Both the position numbers and the translations under genes were made by a program. Below the pieces are notes generated by a model. It was not told the origin of the DNA, made no database searches, and saw only the letters and a list, made by a program, of their open reading frames with translations. Below are positions 50,146-58,676 of a DNA stretch of 64,000 nt, one piece after another. The DNA comes from Candidatus Coprovivens sp. (GTDB lineage Bacteria > Bacillota_I > Bacilli_A > RF39 > UBA660), in assembly GCA_051892935.1 (NCBI GenBank), contig JBJFGS010000025.1:1-64000 (forward strand). The letters run 5' to 3'. The stretch's first letter is position 1. Each line of letters opens with the position of its first letter.

Positions 50146-50468
50146 AAAATTCTGTAAAAGCCTGGATTATCTTTCGTCGAATTCTTTTTATATTATTTAT
50201 CTTTTTTATAATAAACTACTTTCAAGCTGAAAGTAATAATAATCTCCTTACCAAAAAAACAATATTAACAGAAGAACAAATAAAAGAATTCGAAAGTGAT
50301 GTAAAAAATGGAAAGTTCGTTGATATAAAAGATTACACATCAATAAATACAGTCGACACATCGAATAGCATATCAAATATAGGATATGAACTAGGTAACG
50401 AAATAAGTGAATTCTTTGGCGTTAAAATAATTGATTTTATAGAATTTATTAGCAACTTTGTAACATAA
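50142..50468 (+). CDS. Small membrane protein downstream of spoIIP (YqxA position)
   Basis: One TM; overlaps the spoIIP stop. Confidence 0.6.
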   Translation: MKNSVKAWIIFRRILFILFIFFIINYFQAESNNNLLTKKTILTEEQIKEFESDVKNGKFVDIKDYTSINTVDTSNSISNIGYELGNEISEFFGVKIIDFIEFISNFVT

Positions 50469-50528
50469 AATAAAGATTGCAACAACAAATTCATTATGAT
50501 ATAATTCTTCTCTTAAGGAGGATTTTTT

Positions 50529-51110
50529 ATGGAAACAGACAATCGTCGCTATCTTTTAGTAATAAAAAGAAAAAACAATGACTTTCTTCCTATTGAATGG
50601 AATTTAACAAGATTCTATGCTGGTGAAGATTTAAATACACTTGAAGGAATAGATGCCTTTACAAGAAAAATAAATTATAAAGAATTAGTAAAAGAAATAG
50701 TTGATAAAAATCTTGCAGATCCAAATGAAGAATTTGAAAGCTTTGCAATAATATACATATCAAAAGGTAAAACAAGAGAATTAAAAGAAGGAACTTTCTT
50801 TAAAGAAGATAATATTATCTTTAGTGAAGATGACTTAATAAAACTTATAGTAAAAAATCGTACTAACAAAGAATTCTTAAATCATATATTCAATATATGT
50901 CATTTTAAAGATCAAGAAGAAAAAGTAACAGAATTCAAATTTATCATAAAAAACTTAGATATGTTTGAAGCCAAAGGAACAAATGGTATAATTGGTGCTT
51001 TATCAATATTTAAGTCAATAAGTTATGCCAAAAAAAGAACTATTATATTAAGAATAACCGATACTATATTAAAGAAAATGTCCGATGAAAGTATAACACT
51101 AAGTCAATAA
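50529..51110 (+). CDS. Hypothetical protein
   Basis: 193 aa with SD AAGGAGG and upstream TATAAT. Confidence 0.7.
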   Translation: METDNRRYLLVIKRKNNDFLPIEWNLTRFYAGEDLNTLEGIDAFTRKINYKELVKEIVDKNLADPNEEFESFAIIYISKGKTRELKEGTFFKEDNIIFSEDDLIKLIVKNRTNKEFLNHIFNICHFKDQEEKVTEFKFIIKNLDMFEAKGTNGIIGALSIFKSISYAKKRTIILRITDTILKKMSDESITLSQ

Positions 51111-51163
51111 CATAATTGCATTAAATCAAAAAATATCTTATATTAATAATAGGAAGTGATATT

Positions 51164-51868
51164 ATGACTTTATCTGACAAAGAATATAGAAACATAATAG
51201 ATTTTTTAGAAGCAAATACAACTTATGATATTGGTGAATTAGTGACTAGAACAGATGGCCAATTATATAATATGAAAAAAAGAATTGAAGAAGCAATAAT
51301 TAAGTACCCAGAGGAAATATATAAATTCTATGAAGAACATCCTGATTATCACCCAAGACACACATTAGAAGAATTAAAAAAAATGAAATATAACGAATTA
51401 GCTAATATAAGGAAATCCCTAAAAATACGTAAAAGAAAGAAAGTAAAAAAAGTCGAAGAAGCACCTTCTACTGTTACTAAAGCACGTCAGGCTTTAAAAC
51501 AACAATCAACCATAGAAACTATAAAAAACATTGTAGCAAGCAATGTTGAATCAGAAGAAAAAGAACAAGATGAATATCAGTTCTTAACTAGAGCAGAAGC
51601 TACCGCAATGTACGGAGAAGATATAACAGATGAATACTTAGAAGAAAGAGGATTCAAACTGTATGAACCAATAGGTCGTATATATAATGAAAATGAAGAA
51701 AGATATTTACTAATAAGTTCTCTCGAAGGAATAGAACTATCATTAAACGGAACACCTATAACAAATAACGAATTACTTACATTAGATATAGATGAACTCC
51801 ATTACCTTTATCAAATAGCTACTAAATTAGAAGAAAAAATATCAGAAAAAAAAGGACTCAAATTATAA
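51164..51868 (+). CDS. Hypothetical protein with short helix-extension-helix-like repeats
   Basis: Repeated motifs such as TLEELKKMKYNELANIRKSL and TNNELLTLDIDELHYL; basic stretch KIRKRKKVKK. Confidence 0.6.
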   Translation: MTLSDKEYRNIIDFLEANTTYDIGELVTRTDGQLYNMKKRIEEAIIKYPEEIYKFYEEHPDYHPRHTLEELKKMKYNELANIRKSLKIRKRKKVKKVEEAPSTVTKARQALKQQSTIETIKNIVASNVESEEKEQDEYQFLTRAEATAMYGEDITDEYLEERGFKLYEPIGRIYNENEERYLLISSLEGIELSLNGTPITNNELLTLDIDELHYLYQIATKLEEKISEKKGLKL

Positions 51869-51907
51869 AAGAGTCCTTTTTATGTTATAATCTATATAGG
51901 TGATAAT

Positions 51908-52810
51908 ATGAGCAACTTAGACAATAATATAAAAGAATTTCTAAAATATCTGTCTAATGAAAAAAGATATCCTAACACAACTATCGAAAGTTACAAAAGA
52001 GATTTAGATAATTATTATAGTTATATTACTTTAAAAAAAATAAACTACAAAGAAATAAATAAAGACGAAATAAGAGATTACTTAAAATACTTAGATGATT
52101 TAAAGTATTCAAAGACAACTATTTCAAGAATACTAAGTACATTAAGACATTTCTATTCATATCTTGTAATACATAAAAAAATAGAAACAAATAACTTTAA
52201 ATTAATAAGAAATCCTAAGAAAGAAAAAAAATTACCAAACTTCTTACAAGGAGATGAACTAGAAAAAATATTTGATACCATAAATTTAGATACACCATTA
52301 GGTATAAGAAATCGTTTAATAATAGAATTACTATATGCATCAGGTATCAGAGTATCAGAACTAACCAATCTAAAATTACAAGATATAGACTTAAATAATA
52401 AAGAAATAAGAATAGTTGGTAAAGGTAATAAAGAAAGAATAGTATATTTTGGAGAATATGCCCAAAAATATTTAAAAATGTACCTAGAAGAATCAAGAAA
52501 CATCTTACTAAACAATAAACAGTCATCAAATCTTCTAATTAATCATTCTGGAGAACCCCTAACTACTAGAGGAGTAGAAATGATAATAGAAAACATTGTT
52601 AAAGAAGCATCTATCAAACACAATATCTCTCCTCATTCCCTAAGACACACATTTGCAACAGATCTTTTAAATAACGGAGCAGACTTAAAAAGTGTTCAAG
52701 AACTTCTTGGTCACTCATCATTATCTACTACTCAAATATATACACATATTACAAACGAAAGATTAAGAAGCGTTTATTTGCAAACTTTTCCAAGGCAAAA
52801 AGAAAAATAA
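51908..52810 (+). CDS. xerC: Tyrosine recombinase XerC/CodV
   Basis: LYASGIRVSEL, GKGNKER, PHSLRHTFAT and LLGH..LSTTQIYTH motifs. Confidence 0.9.
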   Translation: MSNLDNNIKEFLKYLSNEKRYPNTTIESYKRDLDNYYSYITLKKINYKEINKDEIRDYLKYLDDLKYSKTTISRILSTLRHFYSYLVIHKKIETNNFKLIRNPKKEKKLPNFLQGDELEKIFDTINLDTPLGIRNRLIIELLYASGIRVSELTNLKLQDIDLNNKEIRIVGKGNKERIVYFGEYAQKYLKMYLEESRNILLNNKQSSNLLINHSGEPLTTRGVEMIIENIVKEASIKHNISPHSLRHTFATDLLNNGADLKSVQELLGHSSLSTTQIYTHITNERLRSVYLQTFPRQKEK

Positions 52811-52846
52811 TATGATATAATATATAAAATAGGAAGGAAGAAGAAA

Positions 52847-53668
52847 ATGGAAACAAAGAATGGAAAGTTTAAAATAATATTAGGAATAATATTAGGTATA
52901 GTTATTGGTGTAGCAATAACTTATATTTTAGTTCATAATAACGACTCAAAAAACGAAAAAAATGAGTTACCACTAACACTTCAAGAATATAAAAAATCTC
53001 AAGAATACAAAGAAAATATTATAATTGAAGCATTTAAAGATTATTACACATCAAAAGGATTTGTAATGATTAGCGATGTCAAATCTTGGGATATAACAAT
53101 CAAAGAAGAAAAAGAAGAATATGTTATATTAGAAAATAAATATACTTGTAATGATAATAGCGGAAGTTGTATTTATGTACCCCAAGAAATAGAAAAAGAT
53201 GGTAATTACATTTTTACAATAAGAGCAAATGGCAAATACGAAAATTATAAATACAATATAACTAGTATCACATCAACAGATACTACTTCTTCAGCAACAA
53301 ATCCTGAAGAGCAAACACCAGCAGAATCAGTTCCTAATCCAGTAAACACTGAATTAGATTGTGAAACATACTCAAAATTACTTCAAGAATATTTAACAAA
53401 TAAAGGATTAATTTTCGTACCAAACCTTTCATCATTCAAAGCAGAATCATTTGAATATAAAGGATACTACCCAGAAAAGCCAGATGAAAAATTATATGAA
53501 GTAAAAATATCTTATTCTTGTTTAGACGGTAATTCTGATTGTGTTTACCAACCTCAAAGTGAAGACGATATTAATGGAATATATAATTTTTCAATGATAA
53601 TAACTATTACTGATGGAAAAATCGTTAATATCAACGGAAATATATTAAGTCAAGAATTAGTTAAATAA
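52847..53668 (+). CDS. Membrane-anchored protein with two tandem Cys-pair domains
   Basis: N-terminal TM; repeats Y.TSKG..YTCNDNSGSCIYVPQ and YLTNKG..YSCLDGNSDCVYQPQ separated by an S/T/P linker. Confidence 0.7.
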   Translation: METKNGKFKIILGIILGIVIGVAITYILVHNNDSKNEKNELPLTLQEYKKSQEYKENIIIEAFKDYYTSKGFVMISDVKSWDITIKEEKEEYVILENKYTCNDNSGSCIYVPQEIEKDGNYIFTIRANGKYENYKYNITSITSTDTTSSATNPEEQTPAESVPNPVNTELDCETYSKLLQEYLTNKGLIFVPNLSSFKAESFEYKGYYPEKPDEKLYEVKISYSCLDGNSDCVYQPQSEDDINGIYNFSMIITITDGKIVNINGNILSQELVK

Positions 53669-53706
53669 AAAGTTTATTAACTATTCTCTCATTTTTAAAG
53701 AAAAAG

Positions 53707-53735
53707 TTGACAAAGAAAAATAAATATGCTATTTT
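53707..53735 (+). promoter_or_regulatory. Sigma-A promoter of the leader and downstream operon
   Basis: TTGACA-N17-TATTTT with extended TG. Confidence 0.75.
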
Positions 53736-53742
53736 CTTATCA

Positions 53743-53833
53743 AGTGAGAGCACATAAGTTTATTAACGAGCTGTGCTGGGCGAAGAACCTACACGTATAT
53801 CGGAGTCACGAATGTTTTATTCGTGGCTTTTTT
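53743..53833 (+). ncRNA. Structured leader RNA motif copy 1 with intrinsic terminator (riboswitch/attenuator candidate)
   Basis: AGTGAG-[AGCACA..TGTGCT]-[GGG..CCT]-ACACGTATATCGGAGTCAC; terminator GAGTCACGAAT/ATTCGTGGCTT followed by Ts. Confidence 0.7.
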
Positions 53834-53878
53834 ATATCTTTAAAACACGAAGAAACAATAGAAAGAGAGGTGATACTT

Positions 53879-54007
53879 ATGATGTCAAAAAAAGACCTAT
53901 ACTTTAAAAAAACAAAAAAATTACAATTTATCGTACGATTTATTCCTCAGGCGGATATTATAACATCATTAAATATCACCCTCAAAGTAGGAATATCGTA
54001 CTCTTAG
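53879..54007 (+). CDS. Small leader ORF 1 (42 aa)
   Basis: SD GAGGTG; MMSKKDLYFKKTKKLQFIVRFIPQADIITSLNITLKVGISYS; the stop overlaps the start of RNA motif copy 2. Confidence 0.55.
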   Translation: MMSKKDLYFKKTKKLQFIVRFIPQADIITSLNITLKVGISYS

Positions 54008-54091
54008 TGAGTATGTATCAAAGCTACATAGGGAACAATAATTCCTACACGATTTATATCGGAGTCACATCTTTATATGTGACTCTTTTTT
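54006..54091 (+). ncRNA. Structured leader RNA motif copy 2 with intrinsic terminator
   Basis: AGTGAG-[TATGTA..TACATA]-[GGGAA..TTCCT]-ACACGATTTATATCGGAGTCAC; terminator GAGTCACAT/ATGTGACTC followed by T6. Confidence 0.7.
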
Positions 54092-54125
54092 GTTTCAAAA
54101 AATAAAAAAGAAAGGAAGTGCAAAA

Positions 54126-54263
54126 ATGAACTACGCAAAAGAAGATTTAAAATACTACAAAAAACAATTATACAGATACTTAAAAAAATACTATCAAGAT
54201 TATTTAGATTATTTGAAAGATTATTATGAATATAATTTAAATCTAAAATTAAAACGAAAATAA
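54126..54263 (+). CDS. Small Tyr-rich ORF 2 (45 aa)
   Basis: SD GAAAGGAAG; MNYAKEDLKYYKKQLYRYLKKYYQDYLDYLKDYYEYNLNLKLKRK. Confidence 0.6.
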   Translation: MNYAKEDLKYYKKQLYRYLKKYYQDYLDYLKDYYEYNLNLKLKRK

Positions 54264-54292
54264 AAATAATAAAGAAAAAGGAGGTAAACTAT

Positions 54293-55024
54293 ATGTGGAA
54301 ATTAGCATTAAACAATTTTATTAAGCCGTATAGAGAAGATAAAGAAGTAGAAGCTATTCTTTTAGTAGGTAGTTATGCAGTTGGTAATCAAAATGAATAT
54401 AGTGACATAGATGTATACATAGTATTAAACGATAATGCTAACTATCGCAAACGTGGTAACAAACTAGTAAATAATTACCTAATAGAATATTTTATCAATC
54501 CAATCCATAAAATAAAAGATTATATAAAAGAAGATAAACGAGGTCATGGTGGTAGTATGGCAAACATGTTATTAAATGGTCAAGTTCTATTAGATAAACA
54601 TGGAATAATAGAAAAACTAAAAGAAGAAGCACTAAAAGCAAAAGAAATACAACTAGAAAAAGATATTATGAAATACTATGCATGTTGGCATGCTTATGAT
54701 GAATACGAAGCAGCTATGTATCATAGCGAACTACAATACTATCTATGTTTAAAATACTTAGTAGATTGTTATCTATTTAATAATGGTTACGCAATGTTAC
54801 CAGAACAAAAAATAGAGCGTTTCTTTAAAGATCAAGAATATAGAGAAAAATACAATATCGGGAAATTCCCAAACAATAAATTTAATAACCTAGTAATTAA
54901 TTGTTTTGATAAACCATGTAAAAAGAATTTAAAAGTCTTATACGAATTTGTAATAGAAGACGGTAAATTCGATATAAATAATTTTGAATTAAAAAATAAA
55001 ATAGAACAAAAAAAGGAAGATTAA
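54293..55024 (+). CDS. Pol-beta superfamily nucleotidyltransferase domain protein
   Basis: LLVGSYAVG....SDIDVYIV motif and a third acidic residue in IEYF; helical C-terminal domain. Confidence 0.85.
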   Translation: MWKLALNNFIKPYREDKEVEAILLVGSYAVGNQNEYSDIDVYIVLNDNANYRKRGNKLVNNYLIEYFINPIHKIKDYIKEDKRGHGGSMANMLLNGQVLLDKHGIIEKLKEEALKAKEIQLEKDIMKYYACWHAYDEYEAAMYHSELQYYLCLKYLVDCYLFNNGYAMLPEQKIERFFKDQEYREKYNIGKFPNNKFNNLVINCFDKPCKKNLKVLYEFVIEDGKFDINNFELKNKIEQKKED

Positions 55025-55025
55025 A

Positions 55026-55604
55026 ATGGAAAAATTAAGACACGTCGAACCCTCTATCGAATTAAAAGAACAAGGTATAGACTACATAAACGAACATTTA
55101 TTATGTAACTCCGAAATTAATGGCTCCGGAAGTTTACACAAATACTTAGATAACTACGAAGAATGGCTAATTAAGTTAGAAAGAGATCGAAATTGTATTC
55201 CTAACGAAGAACGAGTTCCAGCTGAAACTTACTACCTTGTAAACGAAAGCAATAGAATTATAGGAATGATAAATATACGTCTAGTACTTAATGAAAGACT
55301 AAGAAAATGTGGTGGCCATATTGGCTATGGAATAAGACCAAGCGAAAGACAAAAAGGCTACAATAAAATAAATCTTTATTTAGGACTATTACGTTGTCAA
55401 GAACTTGGTATTGAAGAAGTCATCTTAGATTGTGATGCTATTAATCTAGGATCATCTCGTACAATGGAAGCCCTAGGTGGAATAAGAATAGATGAATACT
55501 ATAGTGAAGAAGAACAATCATTAATATGGAGATACCAAATAAATGTCAATAACGCAATAAATAGCTATAAAGAAATATATGAACCTAAAATATTAAGAAA
55601 ATAA
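55026..55604 (+). CDS. GNAT family N-acetyltransferase
   Basis: GGHIGYGIRPSERQKGY and N.GS..TME..GG motifs. Confidence 0.9.
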   Translation: MEKLRHVEPSIELKEQGIDYINEHLLCNSEINGSGSLHKYLDNYEEWLIKLERDRNCIPNEERVPAETYYLVNESNRIIGMINIRLVLNERLRKCGGHIGYGIRPSERQKGYNKINLYLGLLRCQELGIEEVILDCDAINLGSSRTMEALGGIRIDEYYSEEEQSLIWRYQINVNNAINSYKEIYEPKILRK

Positions 55605-55623
55605 AAAGTAAGGAGGTGACAAC

Positions 55624-56082
55624 ATGGTCATTCAAAAAGCAACCAAAGAAGATTTCCTTGGTATACACAAAATATTTCAGGAAGTGCACGATCACCACCT
55701 AAATGGTACTATAAATACATTTAAAGATATTGATCCATTTACAAAAGAAGAATTACTAGAATCCTTAAAAGATAAAAATACATTTATTTTAATAGCTAAA
55801 GAAAAAGAAATAGAAGGTTTCATTCTAGCAACAATAATAGAAAAAGAAGGAAGACATACTAAATTAAAAAAAACACTACATATAAATACAATAGGTACCA
55901 AAAAAGATTCACAAAACAAAGGAATAGGGACATTACTAATAAATGAAATAAAAAAGATTGCTAAAGAAAATAAATGTGATAACATTAATTTAAGTGTATG
56001 GGCATTTAATGATAATGCCATTAAATTTTACAAACACATAGGATTTAACAATAAAATAATAAATATGGAAATAACATTGTAG
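55624..56082 (+). CDS. GNAT family N-acetyltransferase
   Basis: QNKGIGTLL and N..AIKFY...GF motifs. Confidence 0.9.
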   Translation: MVIQKATKEDFLGIHKIFQEVHDHHLNGTINTFKDIDPFTKEELLESLKDKNTFILIAKEKEIEGFILATIIEKEGRHTKLKKTLHINTIGTKKDSQNKGIGTLLINEIKKIAKENKCDNINLSVWAFNDNAIKFYKHIGFNNKIINMEITL

Positions 56083-56104
56083 AAAAAATAAAAGGAGGCT
56101 GAAT

Positions 56105-57085
56105 ATGAACGCAATAGAAGTAAAAGGCCTATCCAAAAAATTCAGAGTAAAACAAAAAGAAAAAGGTCTAATGGGAAGCTTAAAATCAATATTTAAACCA
56201 AAATATAAAGAAAAACTCGCCGTAAATAAAATAACCTTTACTATTGAAAAAGGAGAGATACTAGCATTCATTGGTCCCAATGGAGCCGGTAAATCAACTA
56301 CTATAAAAATGTTAACTGGTATCTTATTTCCTACAAAAGGAGAAATATCAGTAATGGGAATAAATCCTCAAAAAAATCGAAAAGAATTATCTTATAAAAT
56401 AGGTACAGTATTCGGTCAAAAAGAACAACTATGGATCCATTTAACACCATACGATAACTTCAAATTCTTTGGTGCCATCTACGACATCCCTGAATCAGTA
56501 GTAGAAAAACGTATTGAAGAGTATAAAACTATCTTCGAATTAGATGAATTTATAAATACCCCAGTAAGAGGATTATCCTTAGGTCAAAGAATGATCTGTG
56601 AAATAGTTGCATCTTTAATTCACGAACCAGAAATTCTTTTCTTAGATGAACCAACCATCGGTTTAGACCCAGTAGTTAAAGAAAAGATAAGAGTATTCAT
56701 CAAAAGATTAAATAAAGAAAAGAAAACTACTATCTTCCTAACTAGTCATGATGTAGGAGACATCGAAAAATTATGTAAAAGAGTTATCATCGTAAACGAT
56801 GGTACAATAGTATTAGATGATTCAATGGAAAACTTAAAATATCACTACTTAAACAAGAAAATTGTTGAAGCAAAAATGAATACTAAAATCAATTTAGATG
56901 ATGTAGAAGGAATTACTATCTTAAAAGACAAAGACTATAACTTAAAATTAGAAGTAGACTTAACTAAAAAAACTATCAGTGATGCTATAAAACTATTAGA
57001 TCCAGATAAAATAATTGACATCAATATTTCAAATACACCATTAGAAACAATTATAAGTTCTATCTATAAAGGAAATAAAAAATGA
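56105..57085 (+). CDS. ABC exporter ATPase
   Basis: GPNGAGKS, VFGQK.QLW, LSLGQRM, FLDEPTIGLD and TSH motifs. Confidence 0.92.
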   Translation: MNAIEVKGLSKKFRVKQKEKGLMGSLKSIFKPKYKEKLAVNKITFTIEKGEILAFIGPNGAGKSTTIKMLTGILFPTKGEISVMGINPQKNRKELSYKIGTVFGQKEQLWIHLTPYDNFKFFGAIYDIPESVVEKRIEEYKTIFELDEFINTPVRGLSLGQRMICEIVASLIHEPEILFLDEPTIGLDPVVKEKIRVFIKRLNKEKKTTIFLTSHDVGDIEKLCKRVIIVNDGTIVLDDSMENLKYHYLNKKIVEAKMNTKINLDDVEGITILKDKDYNLKLEVDLTKKTISDAIKLLDPDKIIDINISNTPLETIISSIYKGNKK

Positions 57086-57873
57086 AAAAATACTTATATA
57101 TAATGAAAACTACATTCAAAGACACCTTACAATATTCATCAAGCTTAATATTTAGGTTTATCGGCTTTGCTGTAGTTATGTCAGTATTAATTAGTTTATG
57201 GAACTTCTTATATAGTGAACCAGGTAGTACCATTAACGGCTATACATTTAACCAAATGATTTGGTACTTATTATTAGCCGAAATAATCACCTTCGGTAGC
57301 GGTAGTAAAGTAGCTACTAATGAAATCAGAAATACTATTAAAAGCGGAAACATTGCTTACCAAGTAACAAAACCATATAACTATATCAGTTTTACTATCT
57401 GTAAATTCTTAGCAGATACTATAATAAGATTCTTCTTATTCTTAATAGTTGCTGTTATATTAGGTTTAATCTTTGCAGGTCCAATAGAAAACTTTAACTT
57501 AATCTCGTTAATACCAGCTACTACAGTATTCTTACTAGCTATTCTTATAACAGGTATGATAAAGATATTAGTCAGCTTATCTGCCTTCTGGGTAGAAGAC
57601 TCTAATCCATTCCAAATGGTATATAGTAAGATAGTTTTAATATTTGGCGTATTATTCCCATTAGAAATGTTTCCAAAAATCATTCAAACTATTATAAAAT
57701 TCACTCCAGTATATGGAGTAAGCTATGGACCTGCTAAACTGATTATTAATTTCAACTCTAGTATTTTAACAAACGTATTATTATCTCAAGTAATTACAAT
57801 TATAGTGGTAACAATATTATTAAAAATCGTATACGAAAGAGGGGTGAAGAAATTAAATGTTAACGGCGGTTAA
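57082..57873 (+). CDS. ABC-2 family permease (DUF990-like)
   Basis: Multi-TM; IKSGNIAY..KP and LFPLEMFP motifs. Confidence 0.85.
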   Translation: MKKYLYIMKTTFKDTLQYSSSLIFRFIGFAVVMSVLISLWNFLYSEPGSTINGYTFNQMIWYLLLAEIITFGSGSKVATNEIRNTIKSGNIAYQVTKPYNYISFTICKFLADTIIRFFLFLIVAVILGLIFAGPIENFNLISLIPATTVFLLAILITGMIKILVSLSAFWVEDSNPFQMVYSKIVLIFGVLFPLEMFPKIIQTIIKFTPVYGVSYGPAKLIINFNSSILTNVLLSQVITIIVVTILLKIVYERGVKKLNVNGG

Positions 57874-58651
57874 AGGAAACTTAAAAATAATGTTTCTTAG
57901 TATCAAGTACAACTTAATGAAATGTATGGAAAACAACGTAGCATTTGCTACCTCCATAATAATGATGATTTTCAATAATGCTACATTCATTATCCAGTGG
58001 TTAACTATATTTGCAATAAAAGAATCAATAGGTGGATATACTTTGAATAACGTCATGTTATTCTGGGCTATCTCTAGTGGAGCTTATGGCCTAGCACATA
58101 TCTTCTTTAATGGCGTAAACAAACTACCAGAATATATCGAAGAAGGTAAATTAGATGCCTTCCTAACAGTACCTAAAAATCCATTATGTTATGTAGCAAC
58201 ATCCAGTACTGAGCCATCAGCTTGGGGAGATTTAATATATGGCTACATCGCTTTAATAATATTTAACTTTAGTATTAAAAACATTTTATTATATACATTG
58301 TTAATTATATCAGGAGCATTGATTTATGCTAGTACAATCTGTATCTTCAATACATTAACATTCGTATTCTATAAATCTAGTGATTTCACAGAAGTTATAA
58401 AATCAGCATTATTAAATTCATCTTTATATCCAGATGTAATATTTGAAAGAGCAGTTAAAATTATCTTCTTCACCTTAGTACCTAGTGGATTTGCTTGTTG
58501 GCTACCAGTACATTTAATTATGAGTTTTAATCCAATTAATTTATTAATATTAATCGTAACTACCATTATCTACGTATCATTAGCATTCATCTTATTCCAT
58601 AAAGGATTAAAACACTATTCTTCAAGTAACTTGATGGGAGCAAGAAGTTAA
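57857..58651 (+). CDS. ABC-2 family permease (DUF990-like)
   Basis: Multi-TM; IGGY, GKLDAFLT.P, YP..IF and GLKHYSS motifs. Confidence 0.85.
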   Translation: MLTAVKGNLKIMFLSIKYNLMKCMENNVAFATSIIMMIFNNATFIIQWLTIFAIKESIGGYTLNNVMLFWAISSGAYGLAHIFFNGVNKLPEYIEEGKLDAFLTVPKNPLCYVATSSTEPSAWGDLIYGYIALIIFNFSIKNILLYTLLIISGALIYASTICIFNTLTFVFYKSSDFTEVIKSALLNSSLYPDVIFERAVKIIFFTLVPSGFACWLPVHLIMSFNPINLLILIVTTIIYVSLAFILFHKGLKHYSSSNLMGARS

Positions 58652-58676
58652 TATATATAAGAAAAGAGGGCAAAAT

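Noticed and set aside
51908-52810. Tyrosine recombinase as a prophage or ICE integrase
   Set aside because: 300-aa XerC/D-type protein with no att sites, excisionase or phage genes nearby.
53726-54007. 93-aa ORF from the track
   Set aside because: Its start lies within the promoter and it crosses terminator 1; only the SD-led part from 53879 is plausible.
53743-54091. Reading the tandem element as a T-box, CRISPR repeat or ANTAR/RAT site
   Set aside because: No UGGNACC bulge, only two imperfect copies with no spacers or cas genes, and the loops do not fit ANTAR hexaloops or RAT consensus.
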